Assembly (NCBI GenBank): GCA_020184695.1
Contig: JAANOX010000085.1
Location: 124,001 to 188,000 of the forward strand
Direction: 5' to 3'
From: Histomonas meleagridis 2922-C6/04-290x
Lineage: Eukaryota; Protista; Parabasalia
DNA: 64,000 nucleotides
Shown here piece after piece: positions 53,054-64,000 of the stretch (position 1 is its first letter; every line of letters begins with the position of its first letter). A program made the position numbers and the translations under genes. The notes under the pieces were generated by a model. That model saw only the letters and a list, made by a program, of their open reading frames with translations, was not told the origin of the DNA and did not search any database.

Positions 53054-53671
53054 TTAATATATGTTACATTTTACTTTATGTTTCGTTTTGGTTGGTGAAA
53101 GATCTTCACTAATGGTTGGATCATTCATCATTTCATTAACAAGCGCATTAAATGCGTCATCGATGTGAATATTGCGAAATACTGAAGTTTCGAAAAAAAT
53201 TGCTCCTAAACTCATAGCAAGATTTTCTCCTTCTTCTTTATATACTTCTCTTTTGTCTTCAAGATCGCATTTATTACCACAAATAACAAGAGGAATTTTG
53301 GTTCTTCCTTTGGTCTTCGTAATAACTTTGTAGAAGTCTTTAACATTGTTAAATGTTTCACGATCATCGATAGAATATATAATGATGAAACCTTTTGCAG
53401 ATTTTATCCAATGAAGACAACATAAATTATCCAATCCATTGAATGTTTTAGATTCCTTAGGAGATTCTTCTGGGAGATAAATTTTATTAGGAACACTATC
53501 AAAAATTTCGAGTGTAATTGTTTTATCATTAATTTGCATTTTTTTTTTATATGAATCCATAATATCTTCACCTCCGGTTGAGATGGTTCCTTGAACGAAC
53601 ACTTCAATTATCTTGGATCTGCCAGTAGCAAAACTCCCAAACACGCCAATCTTCCATTCTTCAGCACTCAT
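53054..53671 (-). CDS. Atypical Ras/Rap-family GTPase
   Basis: Ras-like G4 GNKCD, G5 ETSV and CaaX CNIY; degenerate G1 GSFATGRS and G3 DSVPN. Confidence 0.82.
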   Translation of the reverse strand: MSAEEWKIGVFGSFATGRSKIIEVFVQGTISTGGEDIMDSYKKKMQINDKTITLEIFDSVPNKIYLPEESPKESKTFNGLDNLCCLHWIKSAKGFIIIYSIDDRETFNNVKDFYKVITKTKGRTKIPLVICGNKCDLEDKREVYKEEGENLAMSLGAIFFETSVFRNIHIDDAFNALVNEMMNDPTISEDLSPTKTKHKVKCNIY

Positions 53672-54198
53672 AAATTGATTTTTTTAGATGTTTTCAAAAT
53701 TGCAATTTTATATTCAATTTTTTTTCTATGAGTTCGTTGAAAAAATTTTTGATCTAGAACGATATGAGTAAACAAAAGAAAAAACATAAAAAAGAATGCT
53801 CCAATATTAAATCATGTGCTATCTTCATTCATAAGAAAAGCACACCACATTCTCAAAATCAACAAATTTTTAATATGTCATATAATTGATCAGATTATTT
53901 ATCGCAAACAATCAATTTTTTTTTTTTTTTTTTTTGTAAATCTTTTGAATAAAGTAGGCATTTATATTCATAAAAAGGCCCCTCGCCCAAGCCAATGTTT
54001 ACGACTTGATATTAAACTTTTTTATATCGAATTTAATCAACATGATGGGAAGGATGGATTGTGATGTTGTAAACAATGATAGACCTGTGCTCAATTGTTG
54101 ATTAGTGCATGGGCTTCTAAAGTTTAAATAAATGTGGAAAATTTATAGATATTTGATTTTATGTATTTATATATAATTTAATCAAAAATTAATCGAAG

Positions 54199-54270
54199 TC
54201 GCTGATAGTGTAATGGTTATCATGTAGGATTGTCGTTCCTGTGATCCGGGTTCGATTCCCGGTCAGCGAG
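54199..54270 (+). tRNA. tRNA-Asp(GTC)
   Basis: Acceptor TCGCTGA/TCAGCGA, anticodon loop TT-GTC-GT, T-loop TTCGATT, T-run terminator. Confidence 0.93.
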
Positions 54271-54676
54271 TTTTTTTATTGATTAGATCTTACTTGTGTT
54301 GGTTGTTGAATCATTGATCAATGATGTTCCGAAAAAGTTTTCAATTTTTTTCAAAAAAACACAACGAAAGTAAGAAAGTTAAAATGAATTATCTGTGTTA
54401 AGTTCAAGATTAGTATAAACTGGTCATTTTTGATGATAAAAATTTGACTAAAATCGGTATTTGACGTTCAAAAAGTAAAATAATTGAAGAATCAATTTAT
54501 CTCTAGCAAAATATATCATATAAGGGAATACTCGGTATTGCAATTCATAATTTTATGCATTCTGTTTGTGATTTAAATATGTCCTCGAATACTTTATTAT
54601 GGATATAGGTCCATAATCACCTGGTTTTTTTAACGTTCTCCAAATTGATAATATTGTTAGATTCTGACCAATCTTA

Positions 54677-56272
54677 ATGTCTATCTTGTTCGAGGAATCA
54701 GGCAGTAAAAAGAAAACTCGTCCGAAGAAAAACCTTCTATCTGTTAAATCCGGTCTTTCATCAAAGCAATCAAATGAACCTGTTCTAATTTTTGGTGAAG
54801 ACTTATTTGATAGTCCTTCACAAAAGCCAAAAAAACATGAAGAAAAAACACAGATCCAACGCAAAGAAGGAATTGATGATTTCATTTCATCTCATCCAAA
54901 TATTCGCAACTATTTCATTTTTTCGAAAATCACTGATATTAGTCTTGATGAAGTACAAGTCAAAAGAAAGGTGTTTAGCTCTGCCGAAAGTCATATTAAG
55001 TCTCTCCGCAATTTATTTCCTAAGATTGATAATTCTTTACTTCAATATAAGACTTCAAATAAAAACATCAAGAAGTTAATGCGTGAAAGCAAGATACCTT
55101 CTAATGCCACTCTTAGTCAACGCAAAGATTTCTTGAAAGATTATTTTATGTCATTAGAACTCAATCGTGTCATCATTCAACATATCCAAGAGACAAAGCA
55201 AATCGTGGAAGATCTTATCACACTTCTAGACAAGTTCATTAAACCTAATCCAGGTGTTGAAGAAGTTAAGATCTATATCCAAGACATTGAAGCGAGAATT
55301 GACATTCCCAACTTTAAAGCCACCAACAAAAAATACAGAAAAATTAATGCAATAAGAAAAAGAACAAAACACCAAAAAGTCACTTTCCCGCCGATAGAGG
55401 TTTCTGAAATAACCGCAATTTGCCGACGGTTATTGGTCAACGACTTCTTTATTGAGCAGGGAGAAGCAGAAACTCTATTCTATACTCTTGTTGAAAGCAC
55501 AAATGAAATCAATGCACTTCACAAAGGACTAGAAATCGTAAAGAAGAATGCAAACTCGATTGGGAAAGCTATTCTTGCATCAACTAATCATTTTATCAAG
55601 AACAACAATGTTTCCAATGATTACACATCAATATACTTTATCTTGTATGCTCGTCTTTATTTCAAAAACATGTATGATGGCTTATTTAAGAATATCATAT
55701 CCACTACTGACGTCAAAACCTTTACTGAAAAGGTTGTACTTTTGCGTCAACAGTCTGCTATAGGATTTGGTTTATCCCAAAACTTTCTTCCACCCAAACT
55801 TAAATCTGTTCCATTAGTTCTCTTTCCAAAAGATAATCCATATACTGAAGCTATTGCCATCTTTTCCACTCTTCCATATTATCTTTGCCCCTTAGATTTT
55901 TGTAATGCAGCACATAATGCATTCAAGAAGATTCAAAGTATCGCATCACAAATATCATTTACCGAAAAATCCAAAGAAACCAAGAAAGTCATAGCAAAGA
56001 GTGATCATCTTTTGTGTTTGGATGATTTATTTGATATATCTCTTTTAGTATTTCTTCTTTCAAACCCTGTACCAGTATACGGACTCGTGAACGCGTTCAT
56101 CCCATACATCGAAGGCCTCGAAATGATGGCCGAATTAGAGTTCGCGTTTACAAACATAAGCGCAATAATAAGACATATCGAAGAAATTGATTTGAATACT
56201 TTCCTGCAAAGTGCCAAGGAAAGAATGAACGAGTCAATTGAAGTGGATCCACTGAATATTCTTTCTAAATAA
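54677..56272 (+). CDS. Hypothetical protein with possible degenerate VPS9-like C-terminal domain
   Basis: CPLDFCNAAHNAF..LCLDDLFDISLLVFL resembles the VPS9 P.xK...ADDLLP region; weak similarity, recalled rather than searched. Confidence 0.5.
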   Translation: MSILFEESGSKKKTRPKKNLLSVKSGLSSKQSNEPVLIFGEDLFDSPSQKPKKHEEKTQIQRKEGIDDFISSHPNIRNYFIFSKITDISLDEVQVKRKVFSSAESHIKSLRNLFPKIDNSLLQYKTSNKNIKKLMRESKIPSNATLSQRKDFLKDYFMSLELNRVIIQHIQETKQIVEDLITLLDKFIKPNPGVEEVKIYIQDIEARIDIPNFKATNKKYRKINAIRKRTKHQKVTFPPIEVSEITAICRRLLVNDFFIEQGEAETLFYTLVESTNEINALHKGLEIVKKNANSIGKAILASTNHFIKNNNVSNDYTSIYFILYARLYFKNMYDGLFKNIISTTDVKTFTEKVVLLRQQSAIGFGLSQNFLPPKLKSVPLVLFPKDNPYTEAIAIFSTLPYYLCPLDFCNAAHNAFKKIQSIASQISFTEKSKETKKVIAKSDHLLCLDDLFDISLLVFLLSNPVPVYGLVNAFIPYIEGLEMMAELEFAFTNISAIIRHIEEIDLNTFLQSAKERMNESIEVDPLNILSK

Positions 56273-56548
56273 CAATCTGGTTGTGATTTTTTTTGTTAGT
56301 TATAATGTTTTACTTCATCACAAATAGGAAATGAAAAAAATTTACAAAATTATGATTTAATAATGCAACACTTTGTTCCAAAAAAACTTTGTTTTCGCTT
56401 GTATAATAATTTAATTAACATTTCGCTAAATAAAATATTATCATTAGTTTAATTTTAATGATTTTATTAATCAATATTTTTACATTATGAATTTGAATCA
56501 GTGAAAAAAGATTATATTTAATTTTATATTTTTATTCATAAAAACAAA

Positions 56549-59500
56549 TCACCAGAATTGACACCACCCCGAAAAATGATTTACGTACATGTACGGGTCC
56601 GACGCCACTTTAATTAATTCGTCCACTTGTCTTTCAGGGTTTAATTCCACTTGTTCGTTTCCGTCTATTATTGGGTCTTTTCCACTAAGTTTTTCAATCA
56701 CTCTATCCAATACTCGAGTTTTACCTTTTTCGAACATTCCGTTATCCTTATTCACGAATATTGGCTCATGTACGAATATTTCAAGTTGTGCAGTTATGCA
56801 ACTTTTGTTATTTCTTAACATTCTCATGATAACTTCACAAGCATTTCTAAATTGGCCTTCAACACCACTCACACCGAAAGCGTTAATTAACATTCTTGTT
56901 AATCTAAATGGTACTTTTTCAGGCATTTTATCTCGATTTAAAGCCACCTCGAAAGAATCACCAAAATCAATATGTACCACATGTCCAGTTTGTCTTTGTA
57001 CCATTATATTACTTGGATGTCTATCACCTAAACCAATAATATAACCTGCTAATGACATCAAAGCCGTACTTAAAGTAAATGTATCCACGCATTTAATCCA
57101 AGTAACTGCGTCAGGTGCACGTTCCCATAAAGTTTCACGTAATTCATTAGCTGGGCATTTAGGTGAAACAACATCCCATAATTCAATTTTTTGTAAACAT
57201 GTCAAAACGTCGAGCTTTTTGCATGCAAAATTTGCGATCAAATCGTTCTCTAACCACGACGATATGCCGTTAGTTTTACGATAGTCCATGACAAGTTGAT
57301 GCAAAGTGTCAGCTCCTGTTACCCAAGAAATTAACCCTGCGTTAGGTGCAAATGGGATTATAGGGTATTTAGAGATGTTAATTCTAAGTCCGGAAGTAGC
57401 TTTATTTGATGATAATAAAGAGTTAATTAATCCGAAAAATTGCATTATTCGTTGATCCAATCTTAAATCCTCATTTCCTTTCAACAAGAACTTCCATCTA
57501 GTGCCACCAGTGTCATACATGTATAAAAGTCTTGGACGTTGTTGTGTAGATAATATTGGTAAATTAGGATCTAATCTTGAAATGATTGGACTTGGTCCAT
57601 TAATTTTATAAGTCCCAGGCACACTTAACAAGAAACTTTTCTTTTTAGCCAAAGTTTCAGATACGTCAGATAATTCAATTGCACATTGGCCATTAAATTT
57701 ATCCTTAATAATTCCATAAAAACGCTTTAGATTTGACCACACTGTATTAAACGAGCCTTGAGTTTGTATCATTTCCTTTACGTTTTTCGCGCATTGATCC
57801 AATGCCTTATGATAAGTATTCAAAAAGTCGATGTCCATCAAACAATTTGTTTGAAACCTTGAATCGAACAATTCGATCAAATGTTTTTTTCCTTTAGCGA
57901 AATCATTTAAACATTCCACGTATGTTTGGTCTAGTTTTGTCATCCAAATTTCATATATTGATATTGCAGCTCTTACCATTCCATCAATGAAAAGATTTGC
58001 TTCATTTGATAACTCAGTATGTTTAATACTAATTTTTTGTAACAAATTGGAAGCGATTAATGATTTTTCTTTATCTTCAGATCGTATTAATAGATAAAGA
58101 GAATATACAATTTCTTGGAAATGTAATTCTCCGAAATTAATCAAAAGTTCATGTACGAATTCATAGACATGTTTATCCTTATGATTAATTTGACAAACGA
58201 TTTGAGGTAATATATGTGAAATTATATTTGGACTTAAGTTTAATATTTCTTTTGGTATTTCAATTGTACCGCCGAAATTAAATATTAATGAAAACAATTG
58301 GAATAAGTATTCGAGGTTATTAGAAGGTAATAATTGTGTAGCTTTTAAGAATCCATTTATAGCATTTTCGACAAATGATTTATTACATATATCTCGTGAA
58401 GTAGCATATGCATAACTTGACCAATTTCGATAATCATTTGGATTTAATTGTGTCGAATGTTTAAATAATTCAATGATTTTAAGTAATGATTCATGACTTT
58501 CAGTTTTTTGATAAAATTGAAAACGCATTATACCTTCGATTCGATAATATCTTGCTTTAATTTCATTATCTAATGGATATTTACTTTTTAACATGTTTGA
58601 GAATTCATATAATGAATTTAAATCAATGTTTTTAAATTGATAATTTGAGTTCGAATTTATTTGTGAAAAATAATTCTCTATTGATGATTGTGGAATTTGT
58701 TGAATTTGTTCATAAAATTCTTCTTTCGATTTAGATGAATAAAGAATACGATTTAAATGTAACATTTCAATCGCTTGATGTTTTTCATCATGTGCCCATA
58801 ATAATTTATAATAAGAAATTTGTACTAATGGATTTAAGAAAGATGATTTCATTTGACTCCAAAATGTGTCTAATAATGTCCAATTTCGTTCTTGGATTAA
58901 AACTGATATCATTTTCAAATGAGATTTAAGGTTTTCATTTGAATTAATACCTAAATCACGAATTTCTGCTAATCTCATCCATGAATAACTATCACCTTTT
59001 AAATGTTTTAATCTATTTCTCCACATTTTTAATATGTTTTCATTAGCTCCATCTTTTAATGCTAATACTTCATTTAATTCCACTAAATAATTTGCATATT
59101 TAATGTTTTCATCTGCTTTATTAGCAGTTAAAGCAGAATATATTGAACAATCTTTTACTAAAATATCAAATGATTTATCAATTGATATTTTAGCTCTTTC
59201 ATATTGTTTACTTGCAATTAAAAATATTTCTTTAAATAATATTAAATTCAAGTCATCATTATCAGGAAATCGATTAATATAATAAGAAGCCTTTTGTAAG
59301 TTATGTGTTCGATAAAATGCCCAAGCAAACCAAATTGCATTTGAAGCTTTATCTTCATTATTCATTTCATCATATATAGAAGTCATATTACATATTTCTT
59401 CCCATTTCTCTAATTTAGCATAACAACGTATTAAATCTGATGGATTACAATTCTCATTCATTTTATATATCTCTAAAGCAGAATTCCATTCTCCAAGTTT

Positions 59501-62500
59501 TTCATACCAAATAGCAGCAGTAGGAATATGTACTATCTTTAATATGCCTCTAGATGAACATATTCTTCCTAATCGAGTATTTAATGTTAACATTAATTCA
59601 ATTGCTTCATTATCATTCGGATTATTAATATAATGACGTATTAAAAATCGTAATGCTTGTGCTGGTGATTTACAAGCAGAAGCAATTACTAAATTAGAGA
59701 TATAAAATGGATGTCCTATACGAATTAATAATTCGGCAAGACGTAAAAATGTTGGATCTACTGGTAATCCACATGTAAATATTTCTTTGATTACTTCAGA
59801 AAATTTCTTTTGTTGATGTTTACCTGCTATTCTCCAACATGATAAAAATGCTATTGGAAAGATTTGGTTTTGAAATGTAGGTGAATGTTTAGCGATTTTT
59901 AATGATGATCGAATTGCTATAGATGGTGAACCTGAGACTATTAATAAACAAATATCTTCAAGCCATTTAGGAATGTTATGAATTTGTAATGGTGGAAATT
60001 CCGAAAATAATATGTTCGGACGTGTTAAAGGTACATAATCAGGGATTTCTACATTTATAGTTAAAGTTCTTTTAGTTAAAAAACTTTCAGTAGATAATGT
60101 TCGATCATTTAAATAATTCTTTAATGATTGGATTGAAGGGTTTATAATATTTTCATTTTTTGCAATTTGTTCAATAAATTCAATGTCAAGTCGACAATAA
60201 ACAGCTAAAGAAAACAACAATTGAAATAATTGTGTTCGAATTGATATCTTATTAAATAATTTAATACATATTCGTGCTATATGACAACATTGGAATGTAG
60301 CATCTGTTAATTGTACTATAATTATTAATGAATCAATGATAATTTTTAAATATTCGATATGAATTTTATCATCAATAACTCGTTCAACTTGATTTATAAA
60401 GATTGTTAATGGTTGATTTTGAAATATGATTGAAAATGTAATAAACTTTAATAATGATTCAGCATATTTTAAATCATTATGAATATTATTTATCATTCTA
60501 ATTGATGGTTGATATAAAGGTTGAATAGCTTTAATGAAATCTGTTTTTAAAAAATATGAAAAAATTGTTGCAAGTTGTAATGAATAAGTTTGATTTAAGT
60601 TTTGTAATATTAATGGCATTAATATATCAATATAAGGTAAAATTTTAGTACCACAATAATATGAAATTATTTGTAATTGATTAAATAACGTTTGTTTTTG
60701 TTGATCTTTACTTACAGATATATTTTGAGCAAATGCATTAATTATAGGTTGTAAGAATTTTGATGCTGAATCAGCTTCTTTAACAAATATTGACGTAATT
60801 GCTTCTAATATAAAAGAATTAGGTTCATTAATTAACTTAATTAAAATGTTCATCATGAAATCAGTATAAAATGAATTAGATCGATAATCAAATTCAACCA
60901 TTGGATCTTTATCAATTGTAGTTTCAATCATTGATTGAGGAAATGAATTAATTCCTATAGTACCTAAGAACTTTAATATTAATTTACTAACTTTAGATGA
61001 AGGATTTCGTTTAAGTAATGATAATAATGATGATATTAATGATGGATAATTATTTGGTATATTTGAAGCTATTTCAAGTTCTTTACCGATTTCAATTAAT
61101 GCGCCTAAAGCATTTTCATATACAATATTTGATCTTTTAGTTTTAAATAATGAAATAAAAATTGGAATTAATTCATCAAAAAATGGATTTAAAAATTTCG
61201 CAATTAATTGTATTGTTAAAAATAAATTCGAATCTCGTTCTTCAAACCATTTTTGACTTTCGATATGAAATATACGTAATAAATTATGACAATTCTCATT
61301 AAATGGTAACTTATTTGAGATTAATGCATGTCCATCATTACTAATATCTCTTGAAATGATTTTAGAAATTTTAGTATTAGATTCAATATCAGGATTTAAG
61401 AAATTAAAACAAATTTTTATGATTTGTGATACTAATGGTTGACAAAAGTCTAATAAATATTTCGATATTAATGGTAATAATTTCGAAATCCTTGCACATG
61501 TATAAGGATCTGAACAAGAAGCCATTAACATTACAGTTTGTTGTACAAAGTTATTAATTGGCACCGAAAATAACATCGGATTTAATGGTGCTACTGATGC
61601 TATTAATGGTATAGCGTTTCGTTTAACCTTAAATGAAGGATCCGAAAATATTTGTGATAACATTTGACAATGTGCAATTCTTTCAGGTGATAAATGTTGA
61701 TTAACTGCTGTCGAACGGACATATTTAGATTGATCATAGATTGCTAAATATAATAAATCATTTAATGCTTCATTATTCTCAAATAATGGTAATACTTGTG
61801 CTACTAAAATACGAATTTCTTCATGTGGAGAAAATAAAAATCGATGTACTTGTTCAAATATTGTGTTCTTATCTTCAAATAAATGTGTATCAAATGATTT
61901 TAAGATATGTAATGATAATATTGTTTGTTGTGGTAATGATTTAGTTTGTACTCCTTCTTGATAATATTTCTTTAATGTTAATTTGGTATCATTAAATAAA
62001 GCCATCCTTAAACGTAATGCTTTTACATATTCTGGTGATGGTTCTATGCCTCTAAAAAATGTTACATTAATTACTATGTCATTAAATGTCTTTAAAATAT
62101 CATGTAATATTGTATAGCCATATCTTCGTTGTGTTTTAAATTTAGGCTTACTAACAATGGTTTGTATAAAATTAAGAATTTTTGTCATAGGTAAAATCTC
62201 TTTAGGAAATGTAAAGATAAATGTATAAATAAAATGATATAGTGAATTTGAATTAACAAAGTTTTGACAACAATTTATTAAATGATCAAATAAATCATTA
62301 ACTGTATCTGGTGTAAATAAATGTTTCACTTTATTCGAAATTAATGATAATAAATCAAATGATGATACTGATAAAAGTTCTGACCTTACATCGGTTAAGT
62401 AAAGTAGTGAATTTATGAGCGTGTCATATTCAACAGACTCAGAATCAAGTCTAACAAGTGATTTACAAATTAATACACACCCATGATTAGTAGGTTGGTT

Positions 62501-63151
62501 TTGTTTCATTCGTTCAATACATTTTTTAAAAATTGATTTATGAATATTTTGTGTTGATTGCTTTAAATGAAATCTAATAACTTTGGCTGAGACTATTCTA
62601 AGTTGAGTATCATCACTTGTGACAGAATCCCATATTATTGAAAAAATTGATTCATTAGATGTAACTTCAAAAACATTTGGTAAAATATATTTACCTGCTG
62701 CTGCTAAAACCTGTAATGCTGCAAATCGTGTATTTTGCTTAGTAATCCATTCAGTAACATGATTTGAAACTAAATCACGAATAAAATCTTCATTATCTGG
62801 TAACTCAGAAACAAGCCATGAAAGAACTTTAGCAGCTGCACGTACAACAACTTGTGATTTATGTTTTAAGAGATTTGTAATAAAAGGTACATAAAATTTA
62901 ATTTGGTCATAAGATCTATTAAAAAAATGTAAAACGGAAATATGAAGAAGTGCTGTAAGACATTGATTGACTTTATCTCCCTTTTGTAGTTCTTTAATTT
63001 GCTTTTCCCATTGATCAAAAATTTGTAAAATTTCTTGTTCACTACATACTAATAATTTTTGTCCAAGCGTCCTAGTATATTCTAGCCTAGAGTTTTTCCA
63101 TGACTTGAAATCATCTAAGCCTTCTAATGGATTTAGAGTGATTGGGATCAT
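56549..63151 (-). CDS. TOR: Target of rapamycin (TOR) PIKK kinase
   Basis: HEAT repeats, FAT, FRB-like segment, LLKGNEDLRLDQRIMQ, GLGDRHPSNI, HIDFGD, PFRLTRML, FATC ..GWCQFW. Confidence 0.95.
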   Translation of the reverse strand: MIPITLNPLEGLDDFKSWKNSRLEYTRTLGQKLLVCSEQEILQIFDQWEKQIKELQKGDKVNQCLTALLHISVLHFFNRSYDQIKFYVPFITNLLKHKSQVVVRAAAKVLSWLVSELPDNEDFIRDLVSNHVTEWITKQNTRFAALQVLAAAGKYILPNVFEVTSNESIFSIIWDSVTSDDTQLRIVSAKVIRFHLKQSTQNIHKSIFKKCIERMKQNQPTNHGCVLICKSLVRLDSESVEYDTLINSLLYLTDVRSELLSVSSFDLLSLISNKVKHLFTPDTVNDLFDHLINCCQNFVNSNSLYHFIYTFIFTFPKEILPMTKILNFIQTIVSKPKFKTQRRYGYTILHDILKTFNDIVINVTFFRGIEPSPEYVKALRLRMALFNDTKLTLKKYYQEGVQTKSLPQQTILSLHILKSFDTHLFEDKNTIFEQVHRFLFSPHEEIRILVAQVLPLFENNEALNDLLYLAIYDQSKYVRSTAVNQHLSPERIAHCQMLSQIFSDPSFKVKRNAIPLIASVAPLNPMLFSVPINNFVQQTVMLMASCSDPYTCARISKLLPLISKYLLDFCQPLVSQIIKICFNFLNPDIESNTKISKIISRDISNDGHALISNKLPFNENCHNLLRIFHIESQKWFEERDSNLFLTIQLIAKFLNPFFDELIPIFISLFKTKRSNIVYENALGALIEIGKELEIASNIPNNYPSLISSLLSLLKRNPSSKVSKLILKFLGTIGINSFPQSMIETTIDKDPMVEFDYRSNSFYTDFMMNILIKLINEPNSFILEAITSIFVKEADSASKFLQPIINAFAQNISVSKDQQKQTLFNQLQIISYYCGTKILPYIDILMPLILQNLNQTYSLQLATIFSYFLKTDFIKAIQPLYQPSIRMINNIHNDLKYAESLLKFITFSIIFQNQPLTIFINQVERVIDDKIHIEYLKIIIDSLIIIVQLTDATFQCCHIARICIKLFNKISIRTQLFQLLFSLAVYCRLDIEFIEQIAKNENIINPSIQSLKNYLNDRTLSTESFLTKRTLTINVEIPDYVPLTRPNILFSEFPPLQIHNIPKWLEDICLLIVSGSPSIAIRSSLKIAKHSPTFQNQIFPIAFLSCWRIAGKHQQKKFSEVIKEIFTCGLPVDPTFLRLAELLIRIGHPFYISNLVIASACKSPAQALRFLIRHYINNPNDNEAIELMLTLNTRLGRICSSRGILKIVHIPTAAIWYEKLGEWNSALEIYKMNENCNPSDLIRCYAKLEKWEEICNMTSIYDEMNNEDKASNAIWFAWAFYRTHNLQKASYYINRFPDNDDLNLILFKEIFLIASKQYERAKISIDKSFDILVKDCSIYSALTANKADENIKYANYLVELNEVLALKDGANENILKMWRNRLKHLKGDSYSWMRLAEIRDLGINSNENLKSHLKMISVLIQERNWTLLDTFWSQMKSSFLNPLVQISYYKLLWAHDEKHQAIEMLHLNRILYSSKSKEEFYEQIQQIPQSSIENYFSQINSNSNYQFKNIDLNSLYEFSNMLKSKYPLDNEIKARYYRIEGIMRFQFYQKTESHESLLKIIELFKHSTQLNPNDYRNWSSYAYATSRDICNKSFVENAINGFLKATQLLPSNNLEYLFQLFSLIFNFGGTIEIPKEILNLSPNIISHILPQIVCQINHKDKHVYEFVHELLINFGELHFQEIVYSLYLLIRSEDKEKSLIASNLLQKISIKHTELSNEANLFIDGMVRAAISIYEIWMTKLDQTYVECLNDFAKGKKHLIELFDSRFQTNCLMDIDFLNTYHKALDQCAKNVKEMIQTQGSFNTVWSNLKRFYGIIKDKFNGQCAIELSDVSETLAKKKSFLLSVPGTYKINGPSPIISRLDPNLPILSTQQRPRLLYMYDTGGTRWKFLLKGNEDLRLDQRIMQFFGLINSLLSSNKATSGLRINISKYPIIPFAPNAGLISWVTGADTLHQLVMDYRKTNGISSWLENDLIANFACKKLDVLTCLQKIELWDVVSPKCPANELRETLWERAPDAVTWIKCVDTFTLSTALMSLAGYIIGLGDRHPSNIMVQRQTGHVVHIDFGDSFEVALNRDKMPEKVPFRLTRMLINAFGVSGVEGQFRNACEVIMRMLRNNKSCITAQLEIFVHEPIFVNKDNGMFEKGKTRVLDRVIEKLSGKDPIIDGNEQVELNPERQVDELIKVASDPYMYVNHFSGWCQFW

Positions 63152-63231
63152 TTTTAGGGATTTTAACGTTCTTAGCCCTTAGCTCCAAAAAACCGCCATT
63201 GGAATAAAAAACTTCCTTTGCTATACTAAAA

Positions 63232-64000
63232 ATGGTAGAAGTACCATTCGTATCAATCCATGAAATTACAGAATGTCCAAAATATTGCAATAATGTTAGA
63301 GAACAATTATTATCATTTCCAGAATTTTTTGGATTGTTACCAAATGAAATTATCGATATTGCTAATACAGATAAAATTAGTTTAAATGAACTGGTTGAAA
63401 TGGTATGCCAAAGTGGTTATTATAGAACAGGAACAGATGCTATTCAATTAGCAAAAACATTATTGTTTGCACCTGATTCTATTGTTTCTTTTGAAAATGT
63501 TACAATTTCACATTTAGATAAATTTAAAAATATGATAGATTACACAAGTCGATTGAACAAAGAAAAAAAAGCAAGTTTTATTAAGAAAAAAATGTCAATT
63601 TTAATTCCATTATTTCTTAGGTTAAATATTAAAGAAATTCCATCACCAGAATATTTGTTGATTTCTAATTTAGTTAATGAAACTATTCCAGGTCATCCAT
63701 TATCTTTAGCATTTCAATTAATGTTAATCATACATATAATTCAACATAATATTCAAAATGACGAAGTTATATCGCATTGTGTTGAAAAATCCATTCAATG
63801 TATTGATTCCATTCTTAAAAGTGAAGAATATACCATAATTCTTTTACCATATATCTTACCAACATTAGCAGAAATTCTTTTTTTATCTTTACCATTTTGT
63901 TTTTCTGAGAATATGCCTGTTTCTGGTAATCGTTATAAACTTATTCATCTCATTCCATCATTATTTTTACATATTGCAATGGCATATCCAGCATCATTCA
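63232..64000 (+). CDS. Hypothetical protein, runs off the window (not in the ORF track)
   Basis: ATG at 63232 (MVEVPFVSIHEITECPKYC...), read open to 64000 by manual translation. Confidence 0.75.
   Translation, partial: MVEVPFVSIHEITECPKYCNNVREQLLSFPEFFGLLPNEIIDIANTDKISLNELVEMVCQSGYYRTGTDAIQLAKTLLFAPDSIVSFENVTISHLDKFKNMIDYTSRLNKEKKASFIKKKMSILIPLFLRLNIKEIPSPEYLLISNLVNETIPGHPLSLAFQLMLIIHIIQHNIQNDEVISHCVEKSIQCIDSILKSEEYTIILLPYILPTLAEILFLSLPFCFSENMPVSGNRYKLIHLIPSLFLHIAMAYPASF

Overview
AT-rich, gene-dense eukaryotic DNA, most likely from a parabasalid (trichomonad; Tritrichomonas/Histomonas-like). This is inferred from BspA-like surface proteins, DUF3447-ankyrin genes, TCACT/CCTTT core-promoter motifs, single-exon genes and a Tyr167/Phe200 beta-tubulin. 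Housekeeping content: aldo-keto reductase, RhoGEF-Kelch, two Rabs, RPL14, an RRM protein, SF3B1, a CRM1-like exportin, RAD23-like and UBX proteins, VPS35, beta-tubulin, CHMP3/VPS24, an LCAT-like enzyme, an atypical Ras, TOR and three tRNAs (Arg-CCG, Gly-GCC, Asp-GTC). The main unexplained structure is two paralogous minus-strand loci (about 29989-32474 and 41409-44064). In each, a DUF3447-like ORF is followed by 8-9 ankyrin modules, mostly exactly 93 nt, separated by AT-rich spacers that are 77 nt in 10 of 15 cases. All but one spacer break the reading frame at the same point, the beta-hairpin. They have no GT-AG ends or ACTAAC branch point, share a TATTTGG core, and both arrays end in a related capping module with a stop. 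Module scaffolds are nearly constant while binding-surface codons vary. This suggests non-canonical introns, recoding, or a cassette library; none of these can be proven from DNA alone. Decayed copies of the same cassette lie at about 29.4, 33.3 and 37.3 kb. All counts were done by eye and should be verified computationally.
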